From NCBI GenBank assembly GCA_011109175.1, contig RDEW01000002.1, forward strand, positions 1,718,111-1,782,110: a stretch of DNA of 64,000 nucleotides, written 5' to 3'. Below, one piece after another: positions 48,167 to 63,299 of the stretch. The number at the start of each line of letters is the position of its first letter. Position 1 is the stretch's first letter. The translations under genes and the position numbers were made by a program. The notes under the pieces were generated by a model. That model did not search any database. It was not told where the DNA came from and was given only the letters and a program-made list of their open reading frames with translations. This DNA comes from Dicyema japonicum. Taxonomy: Eukaryota > Animalia > Dicyemida.

Positions 48167-50031
48167 AGTACATATCATAGTTGTTCAATAAGATCACGTT
48201 CACAGAAAGCTCATTTTTACTCTAGAAATATTCGGAGTTTGTTTTGAACTTTGATGAAGAACTATTTTTTGGAAGTGTGTTTCACATTTGCTACAAAATT
48301 GTGTAATGAAGATAAGATTTTATGTTGAATTAATTTTACCATCTAAATTACGTCTAAAGGAAACTATATGTGGAAAACATCTTGTTGACTTAGAGAGGTT
48401 GCATCGACTCTGGAATGTGTAACAGCTTTGTTAATTGTTTTTGCATGATTTCACTCTCAAATCTCTCAGATACTTATTTCCTTGTTATTAGTTTATCATA
48501 GTTGCATTTGTTCACTAAAAGCTTCCAATCATAGGGATAAAAAACACTTCGCATATTCAATCAGATTTAAGCCGAAGAGATTCAATCTGCAACTTTTTCC
48601 TTAGATCAACCTGTCCTTAGATTACTCCGGCAACCTCAGTATTTCCTATGTTTTTTTTAATCTTATTCTGCTCAAGTTTTGGAAATTTCAATTTGAGTGG
48701 GAGAATTCTTAAAACAGACATGTTAGCTATATTTTACTTGTCTGGTGAATTTCTTATTTTAAAGGCTAAATATTGGATTATAAGTTCATTTAATTTTTGT
48801 TTTTTGACATAAATAGTTGACCTCATTTAAATTGAAGTTACTAGAAGTTGTTTTTATCTTAATTCAGTCCATTTCTTAATTTTTTCAGTCTACTCAAGGT
48901 TTTTACTATTTTCTTATGAGAATGTCTCAGTGGTCTCGGTGTAGGTTCATTTTTTACCATTCGCTTGTAAACATCAAGACTCATAGGAAGCAGATCACTG
49001 AACCTGTGAACCGGATAGGATCGCTTATCGCAACATGAAAACGAAAAAGTAATAAGCAGCTGGCTTACTGAGTGCATTTCTTATAGATTGGAAGGAGGAA
49101 TTCGCTGCAAACTAATTGGTTTTATTAATTAATTTTCTCATTTCTTATAATTTAAGACAATTAGCGAAATTCAATCACCTTCCGCGGAAAGCATTCAACC
49201 TATACCCATCTGACTAAGTAACTGACTAGATTGCAGGTGGATCCAACAATCACAAACAGCTACTCACTATTTTCCTTCCTTCCATTGACGTTTCTAAGGC
49301 CTTAGACAGGACTTTCGTCAAGTTATTTGCAAACAAGATAAACGCAACGATTATCCTTCCATTATACACAGATGGCTAAAATCATTACTGTCTGGTTGAC
49401 TGGGACGTACCTTAATTATGTTAAAGAAATCTAGTTCAGCTAGGAAGTGTATTTCTCTGCGTTCACGAAAGTTCCCAGTTAGGAATTAAAATTCAGGAAA
49501 CTATTGACCCATCTATCAGGGTTTTGTGTATTTGCATAAGGATACGCTCATTTAGTATGACTACTCCATACAGTTTACGGCCGAATTTATCATGGTAGTA
49601 TGTTTTTATTTAAGTTTTACGCGGATCATAACATCAATCTCATCATACTTTTTGGGCTCAAACACCACACACTTATGTAGTAGCTGGTTACTTGATTGAG
49701 GATTTCTCCTACTTCCTTTTGGTAGCGTAAATCAGATCTACTTTACTTAGGAGATGACCAACACTATCAGGGATTCAAAATGATCCATTTAGACTATTTG
49801 GCTCCCTAACGATGAGTTCTGGCCTCGACCTTAACTTCACGGACAATGATCCATGGACCACTTGTGTTTTGATGAGGGATCTACTGAAAGAGTCAAGATC
49901 TCTGGATTAGTTATTTAGATTTTATGCAATTAATTTTAATTCAAATATTTACGTTGTATGTTAATTTCTGCATGTTCTAAGTATTCAGCTTTGGTGGACT
50001 ATCATTGTTTGAGAGTTACCACCATCTATGT

Positions 50032-51795
50032 CCGTGGTCGGCAACCTTTTAAGCCAAAGAACCAATTTTTTCGTTTTTTGGCAAGTTTAAAAAGCCAATT
50101 TTTAAATACTAAAACATAACAATTATATTTAATTGACCCTGCATTTCCTTCGTCAATAGTGTTATGTCTGAGTCGTAATTTGACTCCTTAATTTCGATTT
50201 GATCAAATTCATATGTGAAACCGCTTGCTCACAAATATAAATATACCCGAATATCCTGAGGACAATATGATATGAATCTGAATTCCATGCATTCAAGTAT
50301 GGCACCAGCAATTTCTTTTCCACCAGTTTGACCCTTTAGCGGAAATAAAGCCGAAAGTTCCTCTCTAAGAAAGTCTCAAAAAAACATAAACTCACATGAC
50401 TCATCTACTCTGATCGAAATTGCAAAAGCTATTTTAAGGTCATCACATTGATTTAAAATTTCTGTTTATTCTTAAAATTTTGGAATAGTTGTTGACAATT
50501 TTAGAAAACATTATTTGATGTATTCACCATCTGTGAACGGTTTCCCCATTTTTGCAATCTCATGACTGACGACGAAGCTTCAATATTAGTAGTCCTGGCA
50601 GACTGCTTCCAATAATGTTGAAATTTCACTTTAATATTTTTTGGAGATCACAGCTAGTTTTACTATTAGTCAACAACCATCCAGAGGAGTTCCCCCTGGA
50701 CGGCATTTCCTTTGAAGACTGCTGAGGGAGTCCGGAATAACCTGAATTTTTTCATTCTGGCTTTGACGGTGTTTTTTGTTCAATAGATATAAATTTATAG
50801 AGCTAGTTGAAGAACCACTAACAGAATTTACGATTAAGCGAGTAAGATATTTATTATTATTTAACCCAAGAACACCAATAGTTAATTTAATTGTATTAAA
50901 CTAATTAGGTGATCCCGGCCGCCTCCATCAGGTCTCTCATCTTTTTCCGGTGGACCTTCAGAGATCCAACACAGCTACTCTGAGGACGGGAGGGTTTTGA
51001 TAGGAATACAAGAGGGGTGATGTAAAGTCTTCTAGTAAGACTCAATCCATTAGAGCATTGTAGGAAGTTGGATTTTCGGTACAGAGCGGCGAATCCTTTC
51101 CCATTTTCTCCGATAAGGTCTTCCAGAGAGGTGGGTGTGAGACTGACTGTCACTGATTTTCTGTTTGTTCGTCCAGGATAGGTTAATTCCCCAAGACGCA
51201 CAGGCGTAGCTGATATATGGCTTAATGAATTGTTTATGTAGTAGTTTCAATGCTGGGAAAGGGGTTCTGATGCCATCAAAAATAGATTTGATCAAACTAA
51301 GCTTTCTTGAGCAGGTTCCGGAGATATATTCGACATGAGGGGAGAAGGTCATGTGCGTGTCAAAGGCGACTCCTAAGATTTTCAATTTCTTTGTAAAAGG
51401 TATTTTAGTTTGGTTGATAAATAAAGCAAGTCATTCTTCAAGACGTTTGTCTGAGGTAAATAGGGATGTGGAGGACTTCTCAGGAGATATATCAAGTCTG
51501 TTGGAGATTAACCAATTTTGAATCACGTGTAGTTGTTTTCGAACTCTTTCTGAGGCTTTTAGGGGATCCTGGTCACGGGATCCAATTAGTAAGATATTTA
51601 AAATTAAAATATGAAAAAATATGTAAGAATTTAAATAAAAATAACAATTTAATATAAAATAGCATCTAAATATATACATAAAAAAATTTTGGAAGAAAAC
51701 TATTTTAAAAATGTTTTTTTTGAAGAGTAAGTAATCTTTGCGATAATTGAGAGAGCCACATAAAAAACTCAAAGAGCCACGGTTGCCAACTATTG
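50032..51795 (-). mobile_element. GTF2IRD2/SPIN-like hAT transposon remnant with nested LINE
   Basis: Imperfect TIRs CCGTGGTCGGCAAC / GTTGCCAACTATTG; HEIAKMGKPFTDGEYIK, VDESCE, LFPLKGQTGGKEI. Confidence 0.7.
50900..51560 (-). mobile_element. Jockey-like LINE 3' fragment
   Basis: KILGVAFDTHMTFSPHV...LHKQFIKPYISYACASW; 3' tail ccgggatcacctaattag. Confidence 0.8.
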
Positions 51796-52064
51796 ATTGT
51801 ATGTGAACCTTAAATATCCACTATTCGATAAATTATGTGTCCAAGTACTGACATAAACTATTTTTTATCGTTGGCAGATTCTTCATTTAAAAGCGGGGAG
51901 TTGTCAAACGGTGTGCCGCGAGACAATATCTAGTGTGCCGCCTGCCGAATACAAATTTGAATAAATTTATATACATTTTTTGACCTAATTAATTTAAAAA
52001 GATAAACAAATTAAAATAATTACTAAAATTAAAATAATCATTTTTTTATTATATATTTGTAAAC

Positions 52065-54235
52065 ATGCAACGTGCGTTCGATTCGGTGGCGTTAAAACTC
52101 TCTCGAGTTGGCAAAAATGTTGAAAGGAAAAAAGGAGAAGGGTCACTTGCGTTACCTGATGGTATGAATGTAATTCTTGCCATATCCGAGAGCGTTGTGG
52201 CAGATGACCCAAAAGAATGGGCGAGGCAGGTAGTCCTGCAGGTACGTAGCAGGCTATCTCGAATGCCCTGGAATGGATGGCCATACTTGGCGGAGCTCTG
52301 CAGTGGCAGATTCAGTACTGCTATATCTGTGAGTGAACTCAAGAAGATGGCTGTAGGCAAAGAGGGTACTGGTCTAAAGGGGCGGGGACCAGGTGACCAC
52401 AACTGTCAAAGAGAGCACGAGCACCAGAGCTGTGATACGTTGCAGCTCAAGCATGTTTATGAGGTCTTTGCGCGGAATCTCGCTGCAGCGGCAGATGTCC
52501 CACTTGAGGACCGTAGATTTACCCGCAAGATTCCTCATTGTAAGGTTAACGGTGTAGTGTTAACCTGCATCAATAAGGCTGTGGCTTATGCGGTGGAGGC
52601 TAAGCCAGTAGGGTCATTGGGTGACATCTCCCTAGTGCTGTATGCAGCACAGATCACCTATGAGGAATTGACGGACAAGCCCAGACCACCCAGTAAATGG
52701 AGGGAGCAGATCTGTGCCAAGATTGCTTGGAGACAGACTGAGCTGGAAGCACTGGAGGGGCACATAAGTAGTGTGGCGAGAGGGGTTAGAGGAAAAGCAC
52801 CGGCTATAGTAAAGGGGCTAATTAGTAAACTCCGTGTTCCCAAATGGGACCTCAAAGAGTTGAGGAGGGCAAAGGTGGAGTTAGAGGGGCAATAATGGTG
52901 TATAAGAGGAAACTCTATACACATGAAAGTCGGTGTAAGAGAAGGAGAGAAAATAATCTGTTTGAGTTTAATCGCAGATTGTTTTACCGTCGCCTACACG
53001 AAAATGGCCATAGTGTATGTTCCCAGGAGGACGCGGAAATGCTTTCCACATGGGGTAGTATGTGGGAGGCTAAACCACGCAAAGGAAATGCGTGGAATGT
53101 CCCGTACAGCGCCGCTCTTTTCTTGGCGGAATTTTCGAATTTTCGCAAGAAATTTGAGGCTGTAGTGAGACATCTCCCATATTGGAAAACGACCGGGGTC
53201 GATAAAGTGTATAATTTCTTTATTAAAAGATGCACTTCATTGCACGAGTCTATGTGTCGTGTATTACAGAAAAGCATCACTAACCCGGAAACGATTCCTG
53301 ATTGGGCATGCACAGGGATAACTTATTTGATCCCAAAGCTGAATAACCCCCAGTCTGCGGCAGATTATCGACCGATAACCTGATGACCAAATTGGTGGCT
53401 AATGAGGTCAGGAGTTTTGTAGAAGCAAATGGGATTCTTTCCGAGAATCATTTGGCTACTGTGCGAAATTGTCAGAGGGCAAAAGAGCAGGCTTTGATCA
53501 GCAAATGCCTTTCTGTGTCTCACGGAAACTCACTTTTGTCTATGTGGGTTGATGTGAAAGAAGGCTTACGATTCAGTTATCATTCTACTTTGTCGAGTGC
53601 CTACACAGTCCTGTGTATGCCTGTGTGGTTCATCAGCTTTGTAGTGGCTGTGATGAATAGGTGGAGTATTCATCTGAACTATAATAGCTGGCACCGGATA
53701 GGCGAGGTAAAACTCAAGAGGGGATCCTTCAGGGGATAGGCATGTCTCCGTTACTCTTTGTTCTCTGTTTGGAGCCATTGAGTCGCCGCCTCAATGACCG
53801 GTTTGAGCAAATACCAGTTCATTGTGAAGGGGTCTGTTTCAGTACAAATCACCTTTCTTTTTATCGATGACCTGAAGATGTATGCTCGAACAGCCGAGGA
53901 GCTCTACTCCATGGGGGTCTGTGCCAGGGAATTCTTTGAGAGTATAGGGCTAGATTTGAATTATTTCAAAGTCTGCGACTTAACACGCAAGTATGTAGCG
54001 AGTTAGTAAGAGTCCTAGAGGAACACGAAGGATATAAGTATCTGGGTGTTACCGAAACTCCAAAGTCCCTTATAATGCCTGAGACAAAGCGACAAATTAC
54101 TGAAGGCATCCGTAAAAGAGCAGCGTTATTGTGTAAGACGTCTCTAAATGCAAGGAATTTGTTCCTAGCATTAAATGAGTATGCTGTCTCGCTGCTAAAC
54201 TACTACATAGGTGTTGTGGAGTTTGAGCCCTACGC
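52065..54235 (+). mobile_element. R4/NeSL-like non-LTR retrotransposon, largest copy
   Basis: HLPYWKTTGVDKVYNFFIK, GITYLIPK...DYRPIT, KRGSFRGDRxSPLLF, FLFIDDLKMYA, YKYLGVTE, LNARNLFLALNEYAVS; frameshifted. Confidence 0.85.
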
Positions 54236-54649
54236 TACTAAGTGGGGTGTTTTTATTATATATTAAATAATATTTACATTGGTTAACCATTATTTATTAA
54301 TTTTTTAATAACGTGCGCATCAACGTGCTTATGGGTGAATCAGTTGGTCGTTTTTATCAAGATTCTTATTTGTCATTTGGCAAAGCTAAAAATAAACTAC
54401 CCTAATGTCTAATTTGCATGGAAGTCTTAGCAAATGATGCTATGGTTCCTAGCAAATCCGAAAAATCTGTGGATTATTTTATCCATTTGAAAAAACAACA
54501 CAAGTATTATGTCGCGAGCGCACATATCGTATTTTTTAAAAATTTATATATATTTCTAATCTCTCGAAGATTTGGAAATTTTTTTATTAATTAATTATAA
54601 TATTTGTAATTAATTAATTTTATATACGGATAACCGCAATTAAATAAAT

Positions 54650-55300
54650 TATTTACATGCATCATCCTCGTGTTATGTTTAGTTCAGTGAATCATCCTAA
54701 ATGCTACATTAAAGACGTCTCTGCTTATAACCAAATTAAAAATATTCTTGAAGGTATATTGAGATATATAAAGGAAGGCAAAGAGCTTAATGACATTGAT
54801 CGCTTTAAAAAACGAAGACTCAGCAAAAAGCAGAATTATTTATATTATCGATGGATCCTTATATCTTAAGTACCAATTTAATAGCTACAAGCTGGTTATA
54901 GCGTTTGATAATGATGCTCTTATGACTTTGCTTGCAGAAGACTTACATCGGCAAGGCGATTGTGGACAAAACATTTTGGAAAAGTTATGTCGCGACGTTT
55001 CTTCGTGATAAAGCGTGAGATAGTTAGAGGTGTGGTCCAAAATTGTGAAGTCTGCTTATTTTTGTCAACTCTGAAACAATCTGATGAGATTTGTCATATT
55101 TTTTCTAACTCCCCGAATGAAAGATTGCAAGAGATTTTATCGACTTAAAAAGGTATAAAAAAGGGTATTTTGTAGATTTAAAAGCCGTAATGATTCATTT
55201 TCTTGGTTACTCAGTGTTATTGACGTGTATTCAAAATTCTCTAATAATCTTGTTATCGTGGAACAGGAGGATAGATCAGAATATAAAGTTCATAAATAAT
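54650..55300 (+). mobile_element. Ginger/KRBA2-type integrase remnant
   Basis: LHRQG.CG...RFFVIKREIVRGVVQNCEVC...WLLSVIDVYSKF (H2C2 plus rve start). Confidence 0.7.
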
Positions 55301-55309
55301 TTTATCGGT

Positions 55310-57305
55310 ATCATCTGAAGACAAGGAATCCCAGAATTGTTTCATCAATTTGTTGTGAGTTTGTCGCCATTGATGTTCGTTGTGTCGACGGATGGTTCGC
55401 AATTGGCGGTATGTATTCCAAATCCTTGAGGGAATGCACCGAAGATATCTCCCAGTTTTTCAACGAAAACCCGATGGCCATACTGGGAGGTGATCTCAAC
55501 TCCAAGAGCACTTCCTTTGGCTGCAAGAAGAGTAACAAGGATGGCTTGACCCACAGGACCGCTTAGCCTTGTCTTACAAAAATTGGCGAACTACAAAAGC
55601 AGTTGTCGGAAAAATTCAAAAGTTGGAATGAGAATAAGTGGAACTCTCAACTACGGAAGCTAAACAAACACAATCCTTCTTTCTGGAAGTTATACCGAAG
55701 AGTGAGGAACCCAGAGTCAATCGCAAACAAGATTGTGCTCAAGAAACCGGATGGCACCTACTATGCTGAAGACGAAATACCTCAAGTTTTTGAGACACAG
55801 CTTAAAAAGATATTTGATGTGGACGATGATGTCATAGCAAAGAAGACTTGTTACAAACCATTGTCAGAGAAAACAGCATTTATAGAGATCTCTCTAGAAG
55901 AGCTGAAGATAGCAATAAGAGCTGTCAAGAATAAAGCTCCGGGCAGTGATTTCATCAAAGCTAGAATGTTCAAAGAAGGCCCGGAAATTTTATTCGAAGT
56001 CCTAAAGATATGTTCAACGCATGCATAAAATTGGCCATGTTCCGCAGGAATGGAAGAAGACCATTGTACGGATGGTGGCGAAGACAGGAAGATCGAAAAA
56101 TGATCCTGATAGCTACCGTCCGATCAGCCTGATTAGGTCGATCTCAAAAGTCATGGAAAAAATTATTTTCTGGAGGCTTACAACTCAGCTGGAAAAAGAA
56201 GATTACTTCAGAAATGATCAATTTGGTTCTCGCCAGGACGGTCATGCGGTGATTGCTTATTTCATCCCAACTCCGAGTTATGCAAAGCTAGAGAATCCAA
56301 ATGTCTCTTGAATGTCATATGTCTCGACATATCAAAAGCACTTAACAGTGTTAACCACAGAGCCATAATCGATCAGTTATCTCGGACGGGGAGCCCAAAG
56401 GAACTAGTGAATTGGGTGAAAGTATACCTAGAAGGAAGAAAATCCTATGTTAGATGCGGACGCTATTTTTCAAATATGATATTATTGAAGAGAGGAGTCC
56501 CACAAGGATCAATTTTGAGCCCTATATTGTTTAATGTTCTAATGGCCGGTTTCCCGTCTCCGTCTACACCGAGTACGAGATCTCTGATATACGCAGACGA
56601 CGTGCTACTGTCTGATATGTCGAGATCGAGCACGATCTCAGAGAAGAGACTCAATATGTACATGGAAGAGATAAAAGACTGGTGGTCTTCATGGGTTAAA
56701 ACTGTCAGAAGAAAAATCTAGTGCAATAATGTTCCTTAGTCGGAATGGTAAAGTAAATCAGAAAGATTCAATATGCGGAATCAACATTGTGAGCTCCCTG
56801 AAGTATCTCGAAACAGCTTTTGAGAAATCTGGGAGCACATTGTGCGATTTTAAACTGAAAAGGAAGAAAGCCCACTATGCGTTATTGTGTATGATGAAAT
56901 TGAGACTGGAAACGGATATGTTTTTATTTATTTTTTCACGTACGATAATTCCATCATTCCTTTGTGGACTGGAAGTATGGTATTACACTGCATACAAAAA
57001 GCGTTTTATCTTGCTTTTTGAAAAATCGAGGAGAGCAGGGATCAAGATAGCCTTACACAAAAGGCTCGACGAGAAGCTAGATGAAGATGAAAATTTGCTA
57101 GTAATGTCGATAAAAGATGCAGCAGAAAGAAGGATGGAAAACTACCTGAAAAGAGTTGCCATCATTGACTCGAATGTTGCAGCACAAATAAACGATAAGA
57201 GGGATCTGAGAGCGCAGAGAAGATTCCAAGCGTCTGCAGGACTTGCGGCATGAGGCCAAATAACTCCCTCTTTAATTTTTCCTTGCTAATAAAGTTGTTA
57301 AAGTT
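55310..57305 (+). mobile_element. Jockey-like LINE (APE remnant, RT, 3' end)
   Basis: GGDLNSKSTSFG, YRPISLIRSISKVMEK, DISKALNSV, GVPQGSILSPILF, YADD; 3' end duplicated at 7483-7700. Confidence 0.9.
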
Positions 57306-57329
57306 AAAAGTATTGTTTGTTGTTCTTGG

Positions 57330-58990
<1,661 letters not shown>

Positions 58991-59039
58991 TTTTATTACG
59001 CACTTATTCTGCACCAAGCAAAGTATGTCTTTGAGCAGA

Positions 59040-59500
59040 ATGCATTGACAACAATAAGTCTTCATTTTCTTCACACTGTAGTAAGCGATTATCCGAAATT
59101 TGTGCCGGATGATCAACCCCATTAAAAATCTTGAATGGAGATGTTTTGTTGATTGATGATTGGAATATTTTAACTGAATACGAATATCACCAAGACTAGA
59201 TTGATGTTTTCATAGAGTTACTTCAGTAGCTGAAACGGATGATAACCACTTTTAGAGATTGGTTTAATCTATAAGTTTAACAGACAAAACTTTTATAATC
59301 AATCGTTGTTTCAGCTCTGATTCTTCCTAAAAAATCGCTAAAAAATATTATTGCCTTTATCCTATTATATTAAATTACTGTAATAGATTTATCATCCTCA
59401 AAACTAGCAATGGGGAAGTCTCCAAATAAGCTGTTAAGGAAAGTGACGCATCAAGAAACCCTTTTTCAGATTCTCTAATAGCTAGCGCAACTCATCATTA
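59040..59500 (-). CDS. Possible unidentified micro-intron gene fragment
   Basis: Candidate GT-AG introns gttttgtctgttaaacttatag (22 nt) and gtaactctatgaaaacatcaatctag (26 nt) separating open stretches; no family recognised. Confidence 0.25.
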
Positions 59501-59667
59501 TTATTATTATTATTAACTCATCTGAAGCTTAAAACCGAAATAAAATATTTTTTAACTTTAAATATTAATGAATTTTTTTGTTAATTAAAAAAATAAAAAT
59601 GATTAAAATTTCATTCGATTAATCTGAGTGACTTTTGTTATTTTATGATTTCAAAATATTAAAAAAA

Positions 59668-59975
59668 TTAGCCGCGTGGCGACATGTGGTGCTGCGTGGT
59701 TATTTGATTGAAGTTTTCTGCTTGCTTGTCTGTTCCTCTTTTCTCTTCCTATTAGAGTGGCGTCATGTGATCCACCTGTCTAGGTGACGCCCAGTGCCAG
59801 GCCGGCACGAAAAAGGATCATTTGCTCTTCCCCACTCCACTGGAGGGTTTCAACAACTGCATGTAATGGACGTCCTACCCTTTATGCTGATTCCGGATGG
59901 ACTCTGTTTCTGTAGAAGTGGAAACTGGATGCACTTAATTAGTTGTTTACTTTAACCTCTTTCTCGGTGTATCCG
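59668..59975 (+). mobile_element. SINE-like repeat, copy 3 of 3 (most complete)
   Basis: Starts gccgcgtggcgacatgtgg, ends gatgcacttaattagttgtttac. Confidence 0.8.
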
Positions 59976-60071
59976 GGGTTATAAAATTAAAATATTAACG
60001 ATTTTAACTAAAAATTACACCATTCAGCTCAGAAAACTCTGAATTATCCTACAGTGGTAATTTTTATTTTG

Positions 60072-60282
60072 CAGATTGGCGTTCTTTGGGCATGCTGTCC
60101 GCTCTGACTCCCTGGAAAGAACCATTATTTGAGCAATATTACTGGGAAGAGAAGACCTGGTCGACAGAGGACTCGGTGGCTATCCACGGTGGAAGACGTC
60201 ACGAAAATGCCTATATCAAGGCTACTCCAAATTGCGACGGATCGGGGAGAGTGGAGGAAACTTGTTCATGAGATCTCCATCG
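60072..60282 (+). mobile_element. BovB-like RTE 3' fragment
   Basis: Near-identical to 42540-42732. Confidence 0.85.
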
Positions 60283-60540
60283 TTGTGGAGGGATCGTCGA
60301 TGCCAAAGGGCTGCACCCGTTTTCGAGCAAAAGGAGTGCGGGCAGAGCACCCCGTCACGCTGCTATGAACAACATTGTCATGCGTGCTCTTGAAGTTGCA
60401 GGCTTTCCGGCAGTGCTGGAACCCATGGAATTAACCGCGAAGACGAGAAAAGACCGGATGGGTTAACAATCTAAGCGTTCACTGAGTGGAAATCGCTCTT
60501 ATGGGACTGCAATGTTGTGGATTCTTTCTCGAACTCGATG
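60283..60540 (+). mobile_element. CRE restriction-like endonuclease fragment
   Basis: CGGIVDAKGLHPFS...RHAAMNNIVMRALEVAGFPAVLEP...RPDGLTI...LLWDCNVVDS. Confidence 0.8.
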
Positions 60541-60689
60541 ATACTCAATCAAAAAATCGAAATTTATTTGTTAGGTCATAAAGTAAAAAATTATTATTGA
60601 TTTTGATTTTTTTAATTTTTTGAGTTTTTGAATAAAATGAAACATAACTGGAATGTCCTGGCCATACAAGATCTAGCAGAAAGGATTAT

Positions 60690-60950
60690 ACAATATGTGT
60701 GACTGTACACCATTAAGTCTCGAGATCATTAGCTCTCATTGAAGATTCTTTGGACACGTCCGAATATCGCCATGGAAGATTACTACTCCTCCAATGTATA
60801 ACGCTTACGTGGAAGACCAAGAACAACCCTCCCGATCGTTTTACAAAACGATTTGAAAGGCGTAAAGAAAACATTGGCATGTGGTGACGACCTGGACACA
60901 CTGAGGGATCTGGCTAAAAACAGAGAAGCCTGGAACAAGCTAACTCTTTC
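60690..60950 (+). mobile_element. RTE 3' fragment
   Basis: SLELISSLIESRWRIFGH / RYRGRPRTTLPIVLQNDLK pattern, homologous to 62579-62780. Confidence 0.7.
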
Positions 60951-61599
60951 TCTTATTTTTTGCTGCATATGCGGGGCTCTCGTGAAAGTGCTAGTAATAA
61001 TAAAATACTATTATGAGCTATTTAGTAAAATAATATACTAGTACATGTCTGAACATACAAAAAGAACACTTAGAAGGTCCCGAAGTCTAAGAATAATAAA
61101 TGATGTTTTGTCTTACATTTAAAGTAATGGATTACTCAGGATAGTTGTTTGTTGTCGCATTCCTTTACTGTGGTAAATAAGGTCAGTCAGGTCCGCGGGT
61201 TTCCATCTTCCTCACAGACGCGAAGAAATCCGGAGCCACGACTACGGATCTTAGCTTCCATGAGTAGTGAATCAACTGTGGATCCATTACGTGGGTAGAG
61301 CATACTGATTGTTTTCTGGTGTATTGAGTTGACTCTTTGGACCATAGACTCCGATAGTGCGAATCTCCATCGTAATAAACACGCTCATTATGCTAGCAGT
61401 CAGTAACTTCTAATTTTTGTCTTTATTGGCTTACTAAATTGTTCTATCAAAACGACAAAATCCTTTCCACATTGACTCAAGAACACAATGTTGCCATCCC
61501 GGTTTCACAAAATTGACCAAACTTATTTCGGATAAATATGCTTGAATAAAACGCGATATATGCAATTGATAATAAAGCATTTAATTTGATTTAAGTTTT

Positions 61600-61860
61600 C
61601 CGCCATTTAAAAAGAGTGGAAAATTTCCTACGGACCTTCCTGTGAATGAACCGGATGGAAAAAACAATGAGAACGCAGGTGGAGTGGTCCGAGGGCGTTT
61701 CGGAGTACAAGAAATAGATCCAAATTCTCTACCGAAGAGCCGATCTCTCCAGACGATTATCGACCAGGTGAATAAGGAGGACAAATTTGAGTGGGTTATG
61801 AAGTTTTCCGAGTATCCAAGGCAACATTTGAAAGATTACCTCAAGGACGATGGCCTTTGA
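61600..61860 (+). CDS. Orphan terminal exon-like ORF
   Basis: FKKSGKFPTDLPVNEPDG...GRFGVQEIDPNSLPKSRSLQTIIDQVNKEDKFEWVMKFSEYPRQHLKDYLKDDGL*; protein-like composition, family not recognised. Confidence 0.35.
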   Translation, partial: PPFKKSGKFPTDLPVNEPDGKNNENAGGVVRGRFGVQEIDPNSLPKSRSLQTIIDQVNKEDKFEWVMKFSEYPRQHLKDYLKDDGL

Positions 61861-61864
61861 TAAC

Positions 61865-62395
61865 GAAAACCTTCAATGATAATTGCATTTTTGAAGGACA
61901 TGGCCATTTTCCCGATAAACAATTTGCCGTTTGTTGTTACTAAAGACGTTTAACATAATTCGTCCGAGAAAATGATTTTTTCCATGTGTCATCAACATGC
62001 TGAGAAGTTTTTTGCATGTACCCATTTCGATTTTACATTTTGTAATGTCAACAGTGGTTTTCTTTTACAACTCGTGCATAGAGACCATCTCACTTCAAAA
62101 TTCGACCAATTGTTAGTGGAGAAATGTCACTATTGATAGCGGACAAGTACAGCAGATATTGACTGGGCATTCCTCGACATCAAACATAACTCATTTGTTT
62201 GGTCGTTTCTCAACATAGGTAGACGTTCTGATCAAATTTTCCTTTTGATAGATCCCGTATTTGCATATTTTGTAGTAACAAATCCAGCAGAAGATCTCGG
62301 AATATTCACTAGTGTTGAGATCTCATATTGTTTTCCCAGCAGAATAGTGACTCCTTTGAATTCTCTAAATTGAGGCTTCGAAAGCATGTCCATAT
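61865..62395 (-). mobile_element. Tc1-like transposase remnant
   Basis: FKGVTIL..QYEISTLVNIPRSS (HTH), TIGRILK.DGLYARV..KPLLT, KIIFSDE (first DDE Asp). Confidence 0.7.
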
Positions 62396-62469
62396 TTTTG
62401 TTAATTCAACTAAAACAAAAAGTCCAAGTATTAATTATTATTATTTAAGCACTTCACGAGAGCCATACT

Positions 62470-63136
62470 AATTATAGCCCCGCATGTGCAGCAAAAGAAA
62501 CAAGGTTAGATGTCATCCTTTTCCATGCTCCCCTGTTCCTAGCCAAGGCTCTCATGTTGTCCAGGTCGTCGGCATTTATTAGATTTTTTTGATATTGACC
62601 AGGTCTTTTTGTAAGACTATTGGCAGTGTTGTTCTAGGTCTTCCACGATAGCGGCCTTCTTGACTAACATAGTATGTTTCCATAGATATGTTCGGTGGGG
62701 ATGTTAATTCCATCCTCAGCACGTGTCCGAAGAGCTTCCATCGGGATTCCAGTACTTCTAAGCTGATAGGTCTAGTGCTGCATCTCTTATATAAAGCATT
62801 CCTCGATATTCTCGTAGGCCAAGTAGTTCCTGTTATTTTTCTCAGCTGACCTCTGTGGAACGAGTCTAGTTTTTCCATATCCGCTGATGAGGTCGCCCAA
62901 GTTCCAGCGTTATATAAAAGTACGGGTTTTATGAATGAGTCGCATAATAGGATTCTCATTTTCGTGTCGATGCCTTTTTGATTGAACCATAGATTCTTTA
63001 GTTTATATAACGCAGCATTGGCTAGAGTTTTCCTACGTAAAATATCTTCGCTATCTCCCAAAAGTATTAATGTCAGGTCAATAAAAACCCCAATTTTTTC
63101 AAATCTAATTTTTTTAATGCAGGTACTGTAGAACAC
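62470..63136 (-). mobile_element. RTE 3' fragment
   Basis: FIKPVLLYNAGTW...WKLFGHVLRM...GRPRTTLP. Confidence 0.85.
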
Positions 63137-63299
63137 TAAACTATCGATTACGAACTGGGGATAATCTAGCTTCCTAGTGGATAGCTGTGAAGGAATCCTA
63201 CGAGTTGATACATTCTGTAGACTCCAGTAGAATGGATTGTCGTCAATACCAGAAGTTTGGAATATAATACCAATGTCTTGATGGGTATCTGAGGATTAA

